A stretch of 64,000 nt of DNA from Spirochaetia bacterium. GTDB taxonomy: Bacteria; Spirochaetota; Spirochaetia; SZUA-6; Bin103. The stretch spans positions 448,001-512,000 of the forward strand of contig CBDBOV010000004.1 in assembly GCA_965208575.1 (NCBI GenBank). Direction: 5' to 3'. The position numbers and the translations under genes were made by a program. The number at the start of each line of letters is the position of its first letter. The first letter of the stretch is position 1. Under the pieces are notes generated by a model, which saw only the letters and a list, made by a program, of their open reading frames with translations, was not told where the DNA came from and did no database searches. Below, piece by piece: positions 1 through 10,225 of the stretch.

Positions 1-377
1 TAGTCGTAATTGTGAACCATGATGTACGCGGTGTCGGCCTTGGGCGTGAAACGGATGCGCTCGTCGTTGTCTTCGGCATTGGTCGACCGGGCCAGTGCGT
101 CGCGCAGAAAGGACGCGTCGGAGCCCTTGTAGTACAGGTCCAGGTCCACGGCAAGGCCGGTCAGATCGATGCCGTACTCGACGCCCGGTTCCACCTGCGC
201 CGCGAAGTACTTTCGTTCGTGGTCGGCGTCCATCGCCCCGGCGTACTCCTGGTCCACGGCGAGCACTATGGGATCGGTCTTGTCGTAGCCTTGATTCTCT
301 TGCGCCGAGGCGCAGATCGGCACAAGCGCAGCGACGACGGCGGCGGCGGCGGCAACGAAAATGGAGCGGTAGTTCAT
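1..377 (-). CDS. Secreted protein with PPC-like (pre-peptidase C-terminal) beta domain, partial (runs off window)
   Basis: ATG at 377 with GGAGGA SD at 381-386 on minus. Reads MNYRSIFVAAAAAVVAALVPICASAQ (signal peptide) then YGIDLTGLAVDLDLYY, a PPC-like motif. Not in the ORF track because the stop lies outside the window. Confidence 0.7.
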   Translation of the reverse strand, partial: MNYRSIFVAAAAAVVAALVPICASAQENQGYDKTDPIVLAVDQEYAGAMDADHERKYFAAQVEPGVEYGIDLTGLAVDLDLYYKGSDASFLRDALARSTNAEDNDERIRFTPKADTAYIMVHNYD

Positions 378-559
378 GAATCCTCCGGATTGTTCATCGG
401 TGACACCGGACGCGCACCAGAGCACGTCGAGCGCGGCTCAGAATACGTCGATCCGATCCTCGTACAGGATGTGCAGGATGTGGCCGTCGGGGTCAAGTGG
501 GGTCCCGGAGAGGCGGCCACTGGGCAGACGCTCCGGGTCGGTCTGCCTATGCTTGGCCC

Positions 560-1006
560 ATGAGCTTCGCTGACGATTCCATTGAGAGTTATCTGAAGAC
601 GTTCGAGCGGCTGCGGGCGCGCAAGCGGTGGTCGGTGAACTCGGTGACGTTCCGGTTCGTGGCGCTGAGCCTCGGTGCGGCGGCATCGTCCATCAGCTTC
701 GCCCGGCTGGAGGAGGTGGCCACCGAGTTGCGCAAGCGGGCGCGTTGGACCAGCCCGCTGAAATCGGAGGTGCGCTACGTGGCGGCGGCGATGATCCCGC
801 AGCCGGCGCGTCGCCGCGGGCTGCTCGTCGCTCAACGCGCATCGCGCGCGCCGGCGCGCTCCAGCACCGCGTGCAGCAGGACGTTGGCCCCGGCGGTGCA
901 GTCCTCGCGGTTGGCGTTCTCCCGCTCGCTGTGGCTGATCCCGCCCTCGCACGGAATGAAGATCATGGCGGTGGGTACCCGCGCCGCGAGGTGGCAGGCG
1001 TCGTGA
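560..1006 (+). pseudogene. Truncated DUF4003-like gene (only about the first 80 aa look native)
   Basis: MSFADDSIESYLKTFERLRARKRWSVN...RWTSPLKSEVRYVAAAM resembles DUF4003 N-termini. The remainder is antisense read-through into the convergent hydrolase. Confidence 0.5.
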
Positions 1007-2106
1007 CCGGCGCCGGATACCATCTCCCGCCACGATAGCCCCACTGCCGCCGCGCCGCCGCGCACCGCGGCGATGCAGCCGGGATCGAAGCGCAGCGGCG
1101 GCTGGTGGGCGATTTCCCTCAACTCCAGACCGAGGTTGTGCGCGGCGCAGATCGAAGCCGCTTGCGTTTCCAGGGCGTCCTTCATCGCCGCCTGCCGCGC
1201 ATCGTCCCGGTGGCGCAGGTCGACGGTGAACTCGACCCGGCCGGGAACCGTGTTGCGCGAGTTGGGATGCACGGCCAGCGAGCCCACGGTCGCGCTCGCT
1301 CCCGGCAGGTGGGCATGGCCGATGCGATTTACCGCCGTCACAATGCGCGCCGCTCCGAGCAGCGCATCGCGGCGCTCCGCCATCGGCGTCGGGCCGGCAT
1401 GCGCATCGTGGCCGGTCACGACCAGGTCGAACCAGCGCAGCCCGTTGGCGCCGGTCACCACGCCGATTGTAGTCCGTTCCCGTTCCAGGACCGGTCCCTG
1501 CTCAATGTGCAGCTCGAACCAGGCGGCGAGTTCCGCTACCGAGACCCGGTCGTTGCCACGGTAGCCGATGCGCTCCAACTCCGCCCCGAAAGTGCGCCCC
1601 TCGGAATCGACCGTGGCCGCCATCCGGGCGGCCTCGAACCGGCCGGTGAATATTCCCGAGCCCATCATCGAGGGTGCGAAGCGGCAGCCCTCTTCGTTGG
1701 TCCAGGAGACCACCTCCAGGGGCAGCTCGGTGACCACCCCGTGGTCGTTGAGCGTGCGCACGACCTCCAGGGCGGCCAGCACCCCGAGCGCGCCGTCGAA
1801 GCGCCCGGCCGCGGGCTGGCTGTCCAGGTGGCTGCCGGCCGCCACCGCCGGCGCGCCGCCGCGCCGCCCGGCCCGGCGCGCGAAGATGTTGCCGGCGGCG
1901 TCGACTCTGACGCTGCAGCCGGCCTCGCGGCACCATGAAATGAACAGGTCGCGGGCGGCGCGGTCGCCGTCGGTCAGCGCCTGCCGGTTCACGCCGCCCG
2001 CCGGGGTGGCGCCGATCTCCCCCATCCGCGACAGGCATTCCCACAGCCGGTCGCCGTCTATCCGCAAGTCCCGCACGCGTACAATTGTGCCAACTCCGCG
2101 CGCCAT
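832..2106 (-). CDS. Zn-dependent M20 amidohydrolase (N-carbamoyl-L-amino acid / allantoate amidohydrolase family)
   Basis: Motifs GSHLDSQP..GRFDG, WTNEEGCRF, ELHIEQGPVLE, HAGPTPM, SGAGHDA, GGISHSERE. The true start may be slightly downstream. Confidence 0.92.
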   Translation of the reverse strand: MARGVGTIVRVRDLRIDGDRLWECLSRMGEIGATPAGGVNRQALTDGDRAARDLFISWCREAGCSVRVDAAGNIFARRAGRRGGAPAVAAGSHLDSQPAAGRFDGALGVLAALEVVRTLNDHGVVTELPLEVVSWTNEEGCRFAPSMMGSGIFTGRFEAARMAATVDSEGRTFGAELERIGYRGNDRVSVAELAAWFELHIEQGPVLERERTTIGVVTGANGLRWFDLVVTGHDAHAGPTPMAERRDALLGAARIVTAVNRIGHAHLPGASATVGSLAVHPNSRNTVPGRVEFTVDLRHRDDARQAAMKDALETQAASICAAHNLGLELREIAHQPPLRFDPGCIAAVRGGAAAVGLSWREMVSGAGHDACHLAARVPTAMIFIPCEGGISHSERENANREDCTAGANVLLHAVLERAGARDAR

Positions 2107-3365
2107 CAGCTACCGGAATCGGGGGCCGTGGGGGCCGTGCGAGTCTCCGCGGCGTCCGGGCGGCCGCCAGGTACTCGTGCCGCTTGCCCTTCCGCCGACT
2201 CGACCGCGCGGGAAGCCAGCAGGCGTCCGCCGAGGGTGGAGGGCGAGATCACCTGGTCGACGCCCAGCTTGCGCACCTTCTCGACATTCTCCTCATCCTC
2301 GATGCGGACCAGGATCGCGAACCGCGCGCTCGGCGTGTCGTCGCGCAGATCCTTGGCGTTGACCGCGGCCAGGGTATTCATCGAGTCCGAGTCGTAGCTG
2401 GCGATCACCGCCTGGGCGGTGACCACGTTGGCGTCGAGCAGGGTGTCGCGCAGCGTCGGGTCGCCCTCCAATACGTCATGTCCCTTGGTACGCAGGAGTT
2501 GCGCCACCCGCTCGCGGTCGTCGACGATCACCACCGCCACGTTGCGGTCGCGCAGCTCGTCGACGACGCTGGCCGCCACGCCGCTGTAGCCGCACACAAC
2601 GACGTGGTTGCTGAGCCGTTGGAATCGTTTCATCAGGCTCATCACCCCCTTCATTCGTCCTTCGACAATCGGACCAAGTGTCACCGACAACGCCGTGATG
2701 AACAGCGTAACCCCGATCAAAAACAGCGACACCACGAACCAGCGCGCATCACTGCCGACCGGGTACATCTCGGCGACATCGTAGTCGTAGCCGAGCGTGC
2801 TGTAGGCTATCAATGCGAAGTATGAGGCGTCCGTCCAGCCGTCGATGCCGTGAAACTGATCGCGCAACAGGTAGGATCCGACGATCCCGTACGCCACGGC
2901 CAGGGCCACCGCGATCCCCGCGACCGCCTGCCCATAGCTGATCCGTCGTGCCGGGCGCACCGAGAAGGTGCGGTGGAACGCCAGCAGCGCGACGATCATC
3001 AGCACGGTGGCTACCAGCGCGACCATGCCCTGGCCGCCGATCCAGTGCTGCGCGTTGGTGATCACCACCACCGCCAGCAGGACCAGCGAGGCTATCCAGG
3101 CGCGGCGGCGACGTTCCAACAGGCCCTTGGCGAGCAGCACGAGCAGGATGCCGACCAGGATTCGCGCCAGGCCGGACACCTCGTCGCCGCTGTCGTTCTG
3201 GATCAGCACCACGTCGGGCGCCACCAGCCGTGCCACGCCCAGCGTCAACTGCAGGAGGCCGTGGATCGCGATCACCAGCGCGAACCACGCGGAGGCGTGC
3301 GCCAGCCGCAAGCGCCGGCGCCCAGGGATGTCGTCGGTTCGGTTCACTGACTCGCGGCCGGTCAC
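2106..3365 (-). CDS. Potassium channel family protein (Kch-like TM region plus TrkA-N/RCK domain)
   Basis: TM helices, pore segment DASYFALIAYSTLGY, RCK motifs HVVVCGYSGVA and GVDQVISP. Confidence 0.85.
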   Translation of the reverse strand: MTGRESVNRTDDIPGRRRLRLAHASAWFALVIAIHGLLQLTLGVARLVAPDVVLIQNDSGDEVSGLARILVGILLVLLAKGLLERRRRAWIASLVLLAVVVITNAQHWIGGQGMVALVATVLMIVALLAFHRTFSVRPARRISYGQAVAGIAVALAVAYGIVGSYLLRDQFHGIDGWTDASYFALIAYSTLGYDYDVAEMYPVGSDARWFVVSLFLIGVTLFITALSVTLGPIVEGRMKGVMSLMKRFQRLSNHVVVCGYSGVAASVVDELRDRNVAVVIVDDRERVAQLLRTKGHDVLEGDPTLRDTLLDANVVTAQAVIASYDSDSMNTLAAVNAKDLRDDTPSARFAILVRIEDEENVEKVRKLGVDQVISPSTLGGRLLASRAVESAEGQAARVPGGRPDAAETRTAPTAPDSGS

Positions 3366-3485
3366 GACGATTCCTCGGCAACCAGCCGCCGGACGCCCGG
3401 CGGACCCGCCACGCGGGTGCCATGGACGTGGGACCGGATGACGCAGATCATCACGGACAAGGTATGCCGGTAGCGGCGTCGCCCG

Positions 3486-4502
3486 CTACCCCGCATGACT
3501 CGCCGTACGAGGAACATGCAGCCATCGACCGACGGCCCAGGAACGCCGACCCGGTGCTTGCTGCCGCGTGGCGCCGGCACCGAGCACGACGTGCGCCGCC
3601 ACGGCGGCCTGCTCGCCGATCGCGGCCAGCACGCGAGCGGCGATGCGGGCGTCGCGGCACACCAGGAAGCAGGCGCCGCCGCCGCCGGCACCGCTGAGCT
3701 TGCCGCCCGAGGCACCGGCGGCGCGGCCCGCGTGCAGCAGCCGCTCTTGCGTGCGGTCGCCCAGGCCGAGCTCGGCGAGCATCCACTGCGCCCGGTCCGC
3801 CACCGCGCCCAGGTCGTTCGCGGACGGCCCTGGTTCAAGCAGAAGCGCCCGCGCCTCGGTGCTGCACCGCCCGAGACGGCGCAGCGTGTCCCGGGTCGCG
3901 GTGTCGCCGGCGCGCATTCGTTGCGCCACCGCCGCGATGTGCGCCCGCGTATCGCCACGCCGCGGCACGGCGGCTACCACCAGGTGCAATTCGGCGGCCG
4001 GCAGCGGATGGTAACGCGGCAGCGCACCGCTGCTTTCCCAGGTCAGGTACCCTGCTCCGGCTAGCGCCGCGAGCCCGGTGTCCGCGCCGGACGGCGTGCC
4101 GTGGAACACCCGCTCCCGCTCGTGGGCGCCGCGCCACGCCGCCGCGGCGGAGCGATGCGGCGCTACGGCGCCGGCAAGCGCACGTTCGGCGGCGACGCAC
4201 AGCGCGGCACTGGATCCGAACCCGAGCGCACTCGGAATCTGCGACCGAATTTCGACGACGGCGTGCATGCCGGGCGTGCCGAGTATCGCCCTGAGCTGCT
4301 CCGGAAGCGGCGGAGGCGTGGCGCTGTCGTGGCGCGAGTCGGCCCGGCCGGTCTCCGCCACGGGGCTGATCTTCAGCTCCAGCCGCCACGGCAGGCTGAT
4401 GCCCAGGGCCGGATGGCCGTACACGGCGGCGTGCTCGCCGAACAGCAGCAACTTGCCGGTGGCGTGCCCGGTCCGCTCAGCTACGCTCGGGTGCGCCGGC
4501 AC
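3486..4502 (-). CDS. mvk: Mevalonate kinase
   Basis: GKLLLFGEHAAVYGHPA, GHMP motif IPSALGFGSSAA, HGTPSGAD, KLSGAGGGG. GTG at 4502 with AGGAG SD. Confidence 0.9.
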   Translation of the reverse strand: MPAHPSVAERTGHATGKLLLFGEHAAVYGHPALGISLPWRLELKISPVAETGRADSRHDSATPPPLPEQLRAILGTPGMHAVVEIRSQIPSALGFGSSAALCVAAERALAGAVAPHRSAAAAWRGAHERERVFHGTPSGADTGLAALAGAGYLTWESSGALPRYHPLPAAELHLVVAAVPRRGDTRAHIAAVAQRMRAGDTATRDTLRRLGRCSTEARALLLEPGPSANDLGAVADRAQWMLAELGLGDRTQERLLHAGRAAGASGGKLSGAGGGGACFLVCRDARIAARVLAAIGEQAAVAAHVVLGAGATRQQAPGRRSWAVGRWLHVPRTASHAG

Positions 4503-5652
4503 GGCCACTCCTTGACACCGGAGAGGATGAACGCGGCGCGCCGGCGCCGCCCGCCGGCGGCCTGTTTCGGACCAGCCAGCGCAATCCGTCCGCTGCCGGA
4601 CGCAGCCTGGGCGAGGCCGGCGCGTCCGGCGGGTCCGGCGGCCCGGTGCCGGCCGGCGATGCGGCGATGCCCAACTCGCCGCCGGCCCCGACCGGCTTGG
4701 CCACCCAACCGCGGGCGCGAAATCGGTCCAGGCGGGCGCGCAGGTCGGGAGGTTCCACCGCGACGCCGATCCGTGCCCCAAGCCAGCGAGTCAGCTTGCC
4801 TCCGGCCTCGATCGCGGCGCAGCAGGCGGCGGCGTCGCGCGCTGCGAGAAAGTGCTCCACCAGCGCGCGCGATCGCTCGCGAAACCGGTCCGCGGCCTCC
4901 GGCTCACGCTGCCGCCACTGCTCGTAGCGCGCTACCGCGGCGGCAGTCGCCAGCGGCATGGTCCCTTGCACCAGGCGGAGTGCCGGCAACTCCGGCGGCC
5001 GGAGGGAAGCAACGGACGGCGTGCTGCCGCCGCGGAAGGTCACCACCCCGCCCCACACCGAGGTGGCCACGTCGTAGCCGCTGCCGCGCCCACCCTGAAC
5101 CGCCCGGTGGGCGGCCAGTGCCGCGGCGAACACGCGCCGCCGCACCGACTCCCGAACGGCATCGGCGCCCGCGGACAGATCGCCATGCGGCACTTGCCGG
5201 CCTGCCTCAAAACGATCGCACGCGACTGCAGCCGTGTCCGGCGCCGCGCCTGCGCAATCCGCCTCGCCCACCCGCTCGTCCTCGCGCTCGCCCGCCCGCG
5301 GCGGCGCCACCAGGAGCGCGGCGACGGCCACCGCCACGGCGGCGCTTGACCCCAGCCCCAACTTGCCATGCGGCCCGGCGAACTCGGTAGAGTCCACGGT
5401 TATCGTTCCGGCGGGCGGCCCGTACTCGGCCACCAGGGCCGCGAATATCGGCGCGTCGCAACGCTTCGGCGTCCAGCCGAATGTCCGTGCTCCCATGCGG
5501 CCTGAGATGCACGGCGCACCGCCGGGCTCGAGCGTGGCGTGCACCTCGGGTTGGATCGCCATCGCTACTCCGGGAGCGTCCGGCTCGGTAACGGCGTACT
5601 CGCCGAGCAGCAGTACGCTGCCCGGCACCGCCACGGTGCACTTCTCAACCAA
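4477..5652 (-). CDS. Phosphomevalonate kinase (GHMP family)
   Basis: VPGSVLLLGEYAV, KLGLGSSAAV, AHRAVQGGRGSGYDVATS, KPVGAGGE; operon context. Confidence 0.85.
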   Translation of the reverse strand: MVEKCTVAVPGSVLLLGEYAVTEPDAPGVAMAIQPEVHATLEPGGAPCISGRMGARTFGWTPKRCDAPIFAALVAEYGPPAGTITVDSTEFAGPHGKLGLGSSAAVAVAVAALLVAPPRAGEREDERVGEADCAGAAPDTAAVACDRFEAGRQVPHGDLSAGADAVRESVRRRVFAAALAAHRAVQGGRGSGYDVATSVWGGVVTFRGGSTPSVASLRPPELPALRLVQGTMPLATAAAVARYEQWRQREPEAADRFRERSRALVEHFLAARDAAACCAAIEAGGKLTRWLGARIGVAVEPPDLRARLDRFRARGWVAKPVGAGGELGIAASPAGTGPPDPPDAPASPRLRPAADGLRWLVRNRPPAGGAGAPRSSSPVSRSGRAGAPERS

Positions 5653-6658
5653 CGATGCGGGGGCCCGGGCCGGGGGCCGTCTCGATCAGGTCGGCGGGAG
5701 CTAGTCCTGTTTTGGCGATCAGCGCGCCGCGGATGCGCTCCACGTCGGCTGCGAGACAGGCGATCTTGACCTGCGGGCCGGCGTCCATGGTCTCCCAGGC
5801 GTCGATGCCGGCGTCGCGCAACTGCTCCAGCACCTCCAGGACCCGCAACGACCGTGCACGCAGGTAGTTGATCGGCGGGTCCGCGGCCAGCATGGTGCCG
5901 AACATGCGCAGGTAGCTGACCCGCATGAGCGGGCCGAGCTGGCCCAGGTTGCGGCTGCGCACCGCCTCCAGCGCCGCCCGGTAAGTCCCGTCCGCGGCGG
6001 CCACCCAGGCGTCGTAGTAAGGCGAGGTCGCCGCCACGAGGTTCATTGCCTCGCGCGACGGGACCGGCTTGCGGCACCGCGAGGTGACGGCCACCAGCAG
6101 GCGCAGGTCGGGCCAGTGGTCGGGCGGGAATGCGCTCGCGCCGGCCTCGGCACCCGCTTCCAGGACGCTGAACCCGCCCCACACCGCGCGCGCCGCCGAC
6201 GCGGATCCGACGCGCGCCAGCGCCGACGCCCGGGATCGCCAGCTGCCCGAGTCGTGCAACCCGGCCATCCGTCCGCATCCCACCGCCAGTGCTGCGAACA
6301 GAGAAGCAGAACTCGCGAGTCCGGCGCCGCCGGGGAAATTGTTGCACGCCTCCGCCCGGTAGCCGGTGGTCGACCCCAAAGCGGAGCGCGCCGCATCGAA
6401 GAACGGACTATGCCGCTCGGCTGGCACCGCCACGCCGTCGACGGTAAGGTGGTCGTCGCCGGCGGCCTCGCACATTCGGACTTCCGTCTCAAGCCCCGTG
6501 ACGGTGACCGCCACGCTGGACGTGGCCGGCAGGTTGCGCCGGCGGTCGCTCTTGCCCCAGTACTTGACCAGCGCCAGCGACGGCGCCGCCCGCACCACGA
6601 CTTTCCCCGTGTCACCCACCGCTACGAGCAGCCGCCAAGCGCGGGTCTCCCACTGCAT
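5645..6658 (-). CDS. mvaD: Diphosphomevalonate decarboxylase
   Basis: ALVKYWGK..NLPATSS, NNFPGGAGLASSAS, GSASAAR, TMDAGPQVK. Confidence 0.93.
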   Translation of the reverse strand: MQWETRAWRLLVAVGDTGKVVVRAAPSLALVKYWGKSDRRRNLPATSSVAVTVTGLETEVRMCEAAGDDHLTVDGVAVPAERHSPFFDAARSALGSTTGYRAEACNNFPGGAGLASSASLFAALAVGCGRMAGLHDSGSWRSRASALARVGSASAARAVWGGFSVLEAGAEAGASAFPPDHWPDLRLLVAVTSRCRKPVPSREAMNLVAATSPYYDAWVAAADGTYRAALEAVRSRNLGQLGPLMRVSYLRMFGTMLAADPPINYLRARSLRVLEVLEQLRDAGIDAWETMDAGPQVKIACLAADVERIRGALIAKTGLAPADLIETAPGPGPRIVG

Positions 6659-6739
6659 CCAACATCGGCCACGTCATTCTGCCACCCCTGAATCGAGCGA
6701 TTCAATTCGGGCTCGTACCTTGCGGACGGTAGTTGTAGT

Positions 6740-6940
6740 ATCAACGGGGTCGCCGATGGCTTGGTGAGCTTCAATTTGCGACACTTTGGGGGGCCCGCAA
6801 AGAGATTCGGGATTCCGGTGCTCTGGTCCGAAACAGCCGGCTGGTGGGCGATGCTCGGGCATCGGTTTTCATCGTCTTCCCTGTCACGGAGTGAACGTTC
6901 AGACTCACCCCAGCAGGCGCTGAGGAGGATATCCGCGTGA
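6740..6940 (+). pseudogene. C-terminal remnant of a PIN-domain toxin with an in-frame 81-bp insertion
   Basis: Frame from 6740 reads INGVADGLVSFNLRHFGGPAKRFGIPVL-[27 aa]-SPQQALRRISA*. Its TGA overlaps the GTG of the antitoxin. In-frame stop at 6689-6691; no N-terminus. Confidence 0.7.
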
Positions 6941-7188
6941 AGAAGCAGATCAGTACATTTCCACTCAGGTTGCCTGCCTCATTGAAAGCCACCGTCGCCG
7001 CAATCAGTCGTGAGGAAGGTACGAGCATCAACCAGTGCGTGGCGATGGCGGTCGCCGAGAAAGTGTCGGCCATGAAGACGGCGGAGTTCTTCGCCGAGCG
7101 TCTCGAAGGTGCCGATATCGAAGCGGCGCGACGCCTGCTCCGACGTACCGGCGGATCACCTCCGCGACCCGAGGACCAGGCGCAGTAG
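6937..7188 (+). CDS. HicB-like ribbon-helix-helix antitoxin (orphan)
   Basis: STFPLRLPASLK...EEGTSINQ.VAMAVAEKVSA...FFAER...PPRPED; GAGGAGG SD upstream. Confidence 0.85.
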   Translation: MKKQISTFPLRLPASLKATVAAISREEGTSINQCVAMAVAEKVSAMKTAEFFAERLEGADIEAARRLLRRTGGSPPRPEDQAQ

Positions 7189-7209
7189 CACCTCCCTCTC
7201 GGCTCCATG

Positions 7210-8493
7210 TCATGCCGGGTGCGAGGCGCGCCGGATGCGGAGGAGGTCGCGGGCGGTGGCGATGTCCATCTTCCCTGCTTCCGCCAGTGCGGCGGCGATT
7301 TCGGCGATCTCGACGCCGCGCGCGCCGGCGTCGTATGCCAGGCGCTCGGCGTGCAGGCGCATGTGGCCGTGCTGGATGCCCTCCGACACCAGTGCGCGCA
7401 GCGCGGCCAGGTTCTGTGCCAGCCCGACGGCGGCGGCGATGGCGGCCAGGCGGCGGCTGCCGGGGCTGCCGAGAATGCGCAGCGCGAGGCGGCTGACCGG
7501 GTGCACGCCCATGGCGCCGCCCACGGTGCCGAGCGGCAGTGGGCACTCCAGCCGGCAGTGCAACACGCCGGCGGCAACCCGGTAACCGGTGAGCGGACCG
7601 TAGCCGCTACCGGAGGCGGCCCAGCCGTGGGCAGCGGCCTCGACCGCCCGGGTGTCGTTGCCGGTCGCCTGGGCGAGCGCGGCGATGCCGTTCAGCACGC
7701 CCTTGTTGTGCGTCACGGCCCGGTCATGGTCGGCGGCGGCGATGGCGGCGGCGCGCACGATGCGCCCGGCCACTTCGGCGCCGGAGTAGCCGCCGCGCCC
7801 CAGCCGCGAGCATGGCACCTGCCCCGTTGCGCGGACCAGCGCGCGGCGGCTGGCGTTGGTGACGATCGCCATCAGCGTGCGCCCTCCGGTGAGCCGTTCC
7901 AGCAGGGGGCGTACGGCTTCGCCGGCGGTGTTGACCTTGTTCGCCCCCATGGCGTCGCGCACGTCGAGGTGGATCTCCACCTTGAGGGTGTCCCCGACCC
8001 ACTGCACCGTGAGCGCCCGAAAGCCGCCGCCGCGCCGCACCAGGCTTGCAACGGCCTCGTCCACCAGCGAGGCGATCTCCACGCGCGCCTCGCCCACGGT
8101 ATGCTCGGCATCGCCGCGCGCCTGCTCGACAAAGAGTTGTACCGTGGCGATCGGCGGGTCGGCCTCGGTGCGAATGCCGGCGCCACCCTCCCCTTCGGCC
8201 AGCAGCCGCGCGCCGTAGCTGGCGGCGGCGACCACGGAAGCCTCCTCGGTGGCCAGAGGCACGACCAGCTCCTCACCGTCCACCCGAAAACCGGTCGCCA
8301 ACCCCACCGGCAGCGGGAACGCGCCGACCGCATTCTCCACCAGCAGGTCGGCAAGCGCGCTCGTGTCCGCGTCTCCGCACAGGGCGGCCGGCAGTTCGCA
8401 ACCCAACGCGGCAGCCAGCGCGGCCCGGCGCTCGGCCAGCGGCAGCCGGCGGAACCCACGCGGCAGCACGATCGGTGGGACGGACCCGGTCAT
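7210..8493 (-). CDS. mvaA: Class II hydroxymethylglutaryl-CoA reductase
   Basis: ENAVG, ATEEASVVAAAS, DAMGAN, AVTHNKG, GNDTRA, EGIQHGHMRLH. Confidence 0.95.
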   Translation of the reverse strand: MTGSVPPIVLPRGFRRLPLAERRAALAAALGCELPAALCGDADTSALADLLVENAVGAFPLPVGLATGFRVDGEELVVPLATEEASVVAAASYGARLLAEGEGGAGIRTEADPPIATVQLFVEQARGDAEHTVGEARVEIASLVDEAVASLVRRGGGFRALTVQWVGDTLKVEIHLDVRDAMGANKVNTAGEAVRPLLERLTGGRTLMAIVTNASRRALVRATGQVPCSRLGRGGYSGAEVAGRIVRAAAIAAADHDRAVTHNKGVLNGIAALAQATGNDTRAVEAAAHGWAASGSGYGPLTGYRVAAGVLHCRLECPLPLGTVGGAMGVHPVSRLALRILGSPGSRRLAAIAAAVGLAQNLAALRALVSEGIQHGHMRLHAERLAYDAGARGVEIAEIAAALAEAGKMDIATARDLLRIRRASHPA

Positions 8494-8716
8494 CGTCGCG
8501 GGCGCGCCACGGTTACACCGAGACGTGCGCGACCGGCGGATCGGCGCATCCCGGGCACGCGAGGACCATCACCCTCGGACCTCCGCGGCTCCGACCGGCC
8601 GCGCGAGGCCCTTCGCTCTCCACCGGCACTCGCGCCATGGGACACTCGGCTCTGCCACCGTCCGGGGTGCACGGATCGCCGAGCCGGACGTATGCACGGA
8701 GCGATGAGAGAGACCT

Positions 8717-10072
<1,356 letters not shown>

Positions 10073-10225
10073 CGCGACCCGTAGTGTACTGCGCCACGAC
10101 GCCGTTGATAAGCCCGCCACCTCCGATGCTCTGTCCGCCGGCGCAACCGCGCCGACCGCCACGGCGCCCGTCGGCATGGAACAGGGCGCCTGTTGCGATA
10201 TATTGCTCATCCCAGACGGACAACG

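Noticed and set aside
464-483. CAGGATGTG tandem motif (and GACCCGTGG repeats near 55160)
   Set aside because: Only two to three short copies; cannot be distinguished from chance or minor slippage.
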